Part shown: piece after piece, positions 26,360 to 28,851 of the stretch | How the letters are laid out: each line of letters opens with the position of its first letter | Position numbering within the stretch: position 1 is the stretch's first letter | IMG/VR virus record: IMGVR_UViG_3300032103_000032 | Span: 1 to 28,851 of that record | Length of the DNA: 28,851 nt | From: a virus | Lineage: Duplodnaviria; Caudoviricetes | Strand: one strand, 5' to 3' | The notes under the pieces: generated by a model | What the model was told of the DNA's origin: nothing | What the model saw: only the letters and a program-made list of their open reading frames with translations | Databases searched by the model: none | Translations under genes and position numbers: made by a program

Positions 26360-26745
26360 GCAGCCCTCAGTGATGCACGGCGATCGACCTGTGGCTGAAG
26401 CTGCTCAAGGCGGGCCGCCATGGTCTGCATGTGCTTAGTTGCTTCAAGGAACTGGCGCTGAAGCTCTGCAAATTCGTCGCGCGGCTCAAGGGGTACCGGG
26501 GCTGCGTATCCCAGATCGTGGAGCATGAACTCCACGGCCTGGTGGATCCCGCGCTCACGGCCCATGCGCAGCAGAAGCATCATCTGCCCCGGCGTGAGGT
26601 GGTGAGGCCGATCATCATTCAGGCAGTCCAGCAACTTGCGCTGAGCCTGGTCAGGCGCAGCGTCTGGCCACAGCCTCGGGCCCACTTGCTTGGAGCCACC
26701 CAGGGCCTTCACGAGCTCAATCAGTGCGTCATTGATGGATTCCAC
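26356..26745 (-). CDS. CII-like phage regulatory protein
   Basis: Lies after cro. ESINDAL...ALGGSKQVGPRLWP...LLDCLNDDR HTH-like region. GTG at 26745 with GGAGG SD preferred over the TTG at 26793. Confidence 0.7.
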   Translation of the reverse strand: MESINDALIELVKALGGSKQVGPRLWPDAAPDQAQRKLLDCLNDDRPHHLTPGQMMLLLRMGRERGIHQAVEFMLHDLGYAAPVPLEPRDEFAELQRQFLEATKHMQTMAARLEQLQPQVDRRASLRAA

Positions 26746-26933
26746 AGAACCTCCGAACAAAGGGTGTTGCGAACGGCCACGAACTTTTCGCAAGCGTTCG
26801 CAATGACTTGGAAAGGCAAAAAAAAGAGACTGGAGCCATGGAACACACCTACAGCTACAGCAAAGAAAAACCCACCGGCCCGGCCAGCACGGTCAGCCGT
26901 GCCAGTTTGGTGGGGAAACTGGGGGTTGTGCAT

Positions 26934-27137
26934 TCAGGCAGCTTGATCGTGGTTGTTGATGGCGTCAGCCAGGAACAAGCCGGGGTGGCGTACCTTGACG
27001 GCTGGCGGGATACCACGGCTAAGCCAGTTCTGCACGCGCTGAGCGCCGCCATGCTTGGGCCAGCCCAAAAGCTCGGCAACCCGAGTCGGGCCACCCAGGC
27101 GCTTGATCAGCTCGCGGTCTTTTGTTTTTTGGTCCAT
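26934..27137 (-). CDS. Cro-like repressor
   Basis: 67-aa HTH (LIKRLGGPTRVAELLG...RVQNWLSRGIP), divergent from cI. Confidence 0.88.
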   Translation of the reverse strand: MDQKTKDRELIKRLGGPTRVAELLGWPKHGGAQRVQNWLSRGIPPAVKVRHPGLFLADAINNHDQAA

Positions 27138-27144
27138 ACAAAGG

Positions 27145-27173
27145 ATTAAACACCATGTTTAAACAAAAAGCAA
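27145..27173 (-). promoter_or_regulatory. PR-like promoter for cro
   Basis: TTGCTT (27173-27168), 17-bp spacer, TTTAAT (27150-27145). The cro ATG lies 7 nt after the -10. Confidence 0.65.
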
Positions 27174-27200
27174 CCCCCATGTTTAACAACAATTTGTTTA
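27146..27200. promoter_or_regulatory. Three OR-like operators
   Basis: TAAACA-CCA-TGTTTA (27147-27161, perfect arms), CAACCC-CCA-TGTTTA (27171-27185) and ACAACA-ATT-TGTTTA (27186-27200), between cro and cI. Confidence 0.75.
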
Positions 27201-27220
27201 AAACGGTAACAATCCTGCGC

Positions 27221-27685
27221 ATGCGAAAAGAGCGCAAATTCCACGACAGCACGACCAGGCTGTACAAGGCTGCGCTGGAGATGAAAAGCATCACCGGCCA
27301 GTCTGCCGTGGCGCGGCTACTCAACCAGTCTCCTCAAACGGTTAAGAACTGGGAGGTTCGCGGGGTGTCAAAAGAAGGGGCGCTGTTGGCCGAACGGATG
27401 ATTGGCTGCAATGCCTTGTGGATCCTTACTGGCCAAGGCTTCATGGAAAACCTGGAGCCGGAAGCCTCAACAGGTTTGCAGGCCAAAGAGGAACCCATCA
27501 AGCCATTCCCCAGCACCGCACCACCCTGGCCATTTCAAACGATCACTGCACGCGAATATGAGCGCCTGACAGACGAGGAAAGAGAAAGGGTTGAAAGGTT
27601 CATCCGCTTTGAACTTTTTGAAGCAAAACAAAAAAAGGGACGGCCCAACAAGATCACAGCATGCGGCCAGCAGGCCAACAGCTAG
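27221..27685 (+). CDS. CI-like repressor (HTH, no S24 peptidase domain)
   Basis: GQSAVARLLNQSPQTVKNWEVRGVS HTH and WILTGQG, with a short C-terminal PWPF...YERLT domain. Start placed at ATG 27221, beyond the operators. Confidence 0.85.
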   Translation: MRKERKFHDSTTRLYKAALEMKSITGQSAVARLLNQSPQTVKNWEVRGVSKEGALLAERMIGCNALWILTGQGFMENLEPEASTGLQAKEEPIKPFPSTAPPWPFQTITAREYERLTDEERERVERFIRFELFEAKQKKGRPNKITACGQQANS

Positions 27686-27781
27686 GATCTATTGCCTGGA
27701 AACGATAAAAAGCAAACGGGCTGCAAAGTTCCGCGAGGGAGCAACGTCGTTGTAAATTCCAAAGTATCAAAGGGAGCATTT

Positions 27782-28042
27782 ATGGAACTCATCATTGGCT
27801 GGGCGTTTTTTGCTGCCGTCGTTGGCTTTATGGCCAGCACATGGAACCGCAGCGGGTTTGGCTACTTTTTGCTGTCGCTGATTCTTTCGCCTTTGATTGG
27901 TCTGATCTTCCTGCTGTTGGCTGGCAGGCGCGAGGAAGGACCAACACCTGACACCCACGTCAAATGCCCTGACTGTAAGGAACTGGTGCTGAAAGACGCA
28001 CGCAAATGCAAGCACTGCGGTTGCCAGCTGGCTACCCAGTAG
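27782..28042 (+). CDS. Membrane protein with C-terminal zinc ribbon (lysogenic accessory gene)
   Basis: Two TM segments then CPDC-x10-CKHC. GGGAG SD before ATG 27782. Confidence 0.8.
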   Translation: MELIIGWAFFAAVVGFMASTWNRSGFGYFLLSLILSPLIGLIFLLLAGRREEGPTPDTHVKCPDCKELVLKDARKCKHCGCQLATQ

Positions 28043-28049
28043 CCACCAC

Positions 28050-28094
28050 CAGGCACCAACACACAACCAGCTCAGGCGGGTTTTGTGTTGCCTG
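28050..28094 (+). terminator. Possible intrinsic terminator after the cI-zinc-ribbon transcript
   Basis: Imperfect stem (CAACAC...AACC / GGTT...GTGTTG, with flanking CAGGCA/TGCCTG) between convergent genes. Confidence 0.45.
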
Positions 28095-28136
28095 ACTCAA
28101 AAAATTGGGTATTCGGAATTCCTGGTTGATTTCTGA

Positions 28137-28551
28137 CTACAGCTCGCCGTCTTCCAACAAGCGCATCACGGTTGAAATCGGCACGCCGTAGTCGGTCGGC
28201 TCGTCGAAATCGAAGTCCGTTGCCATTGAGTAATAGGTCATCCGTCCCACCCCTTCAAACGGCGACTGGCGGCGCGGTTTAGGCTTCACGACCTTGTGTT
28301 TCTGGGCAAACAGTATCTTTGCCCGGTAGGTCTCGAACTTCATTCCGCGAGCGTCACGCTGCTTGGTCTTGATGCCTCTGTTGCTGCATTCGGTAAAGGC
28401 GTTGCTAAGTTGGTGGCCCGGCTTGAAGTAGGCGAAGATTTTGTTCTGCAGTTCTCCATGGCCTTGGTCAGCGGCTCACATAGTCGTGTTCGCCCTCCTG
28501 GAAGCCGACGACATCGAGCTTCAAGGGATGCAGCAGCGTGCTGGGCGTCAT
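28137..28551 (-). pseudogene. Hypothetical ~137-aa gene split by a 1-nt frameshift
   Basis: ATG at 28551 overlaps the upstream TGA. That frame stops at 28468, and a second frame is open from 28475 to the stop at 28137. Confidence 0.5.
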
Positions 28552-28730
28552 CGTTCAGCGGCTTGCTTGAGCGCCTGCCGGATGCCGTCGCTGACGTTGC
28601 CGTTGCCGTTGCCGAGCTTGGCGGCAATGGCGAGGCTTTTGGCGTCCAGATAGACCTGGACGCGCTTGCCGCCAACGTCAGCCGGGCGACCGACAGGACG
28701 CTTTTCCTGGGGTTGTTTAGTGTCGGGCAT
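28548..28730 (-). CDS. Small ribbon-helix-helix-like DNA-binding protein
   Basis: GRP...KRVQVYLD...LGNGNGNVSDGIRQAL. ATG at 28730 with GAGG SD. Confidence 0.7.
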   Translation of the reverse strand: MPDTKQPQEKRPVGRPADVGGKRVQVYLDAKSLAIAAKLGNGNGNVSDGIRQALKQAAER

Positions 28731-28758
28731 TGCGGGCCTCGATATAGAGGTCTGTCGC

Positions 28759-28851
28759 ATGTCCAAAACCTACACCCATCTGAGTCTGGAAGAGCGCGAA
28801 CGCAAGACGCTCTACACGGTGCTGGTTCAACTCGACTGCGCCACGGCTGAG
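28759..28851 (+). mobile_element. IS30-family transposase remnant with internal deletion (partial)
   Basis: MSKTYTHLSLEER (IS30-type N-terminal HTH start) runs directly into ERKTLYTVLVQLDCATAE (core segment after the first catalytic Asp). GAGG SD. Confidence 0.65.

Noticed and set aside
20441-26398. Long plus-strand ORFs (e.g. 20441-21559, 21602-22762, 24490-25368, 25268-26398)
   Set aside because: Antisense shadows of GC-rich genes (terL, terS, helicase, primase), with no recognisable motifs.
26721-26933. 70-aa ORF between cro and the CII-like gene
   Set aside because: It abuts the cro stop, so it cannot be fully excluded. However, it has no recognisable features and crosses the putative regulatory repeats and T-tract.
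27122-27220. Longer N-terminus for cI
   Set aside because: It would run through the operators and overlap cro. The HTH domain begins after ATG 27221.
28595-28612. (GTTGCC)3 microsatellite
   Set aside because: In-frame GNGNGN within the RHH protein, too short to imply a function.
1-28851. tRNA, rRNA or att core sequences
   Set aside because: None recognised by eye. The prophage ends appear to lie outside the window or be disrupted.

Overview
The window holds most of a lambda-like (siphovirus-type) temperate prophage, probably from a GC-rich betaproteobacterium (host is inference only). Nearly all genes are on the minus strand. From right to left: immunity region (cI-like repressor without a peptidase domain, cro, three operators, CII-like gene); split PriCT-2/TOPRIM primase and SF3 helicase; a ~210-bp palindromic iteron array (likely origin); a gpZ-like gene; a lambda-like cos region; terS and terL; a Mor/C-family activator; an 8-gene fibre/decoration-like cassette inserted between terL-mor and gpW; gpW, portal, protease-capsid fusion, head-tail and tail genes (with a G/GT -1 frameshift); tail tip J and a short fibre; and a lysis cassette with embedded Rz/Rz1, converging on the 3' end of a probable tyrosine integrase. 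The strongest unexplained signal is a 32-bp dyad repeated three times. Each copy lies 24-25 bp from a late-gene ATG, and two copies bracket the fibre cassette. At the right edge the prophage appears interrupted by a frameshifted ORF and an internally deleted IS30-like transposase. All product calls come from motif recognition and synteny, with no database search.
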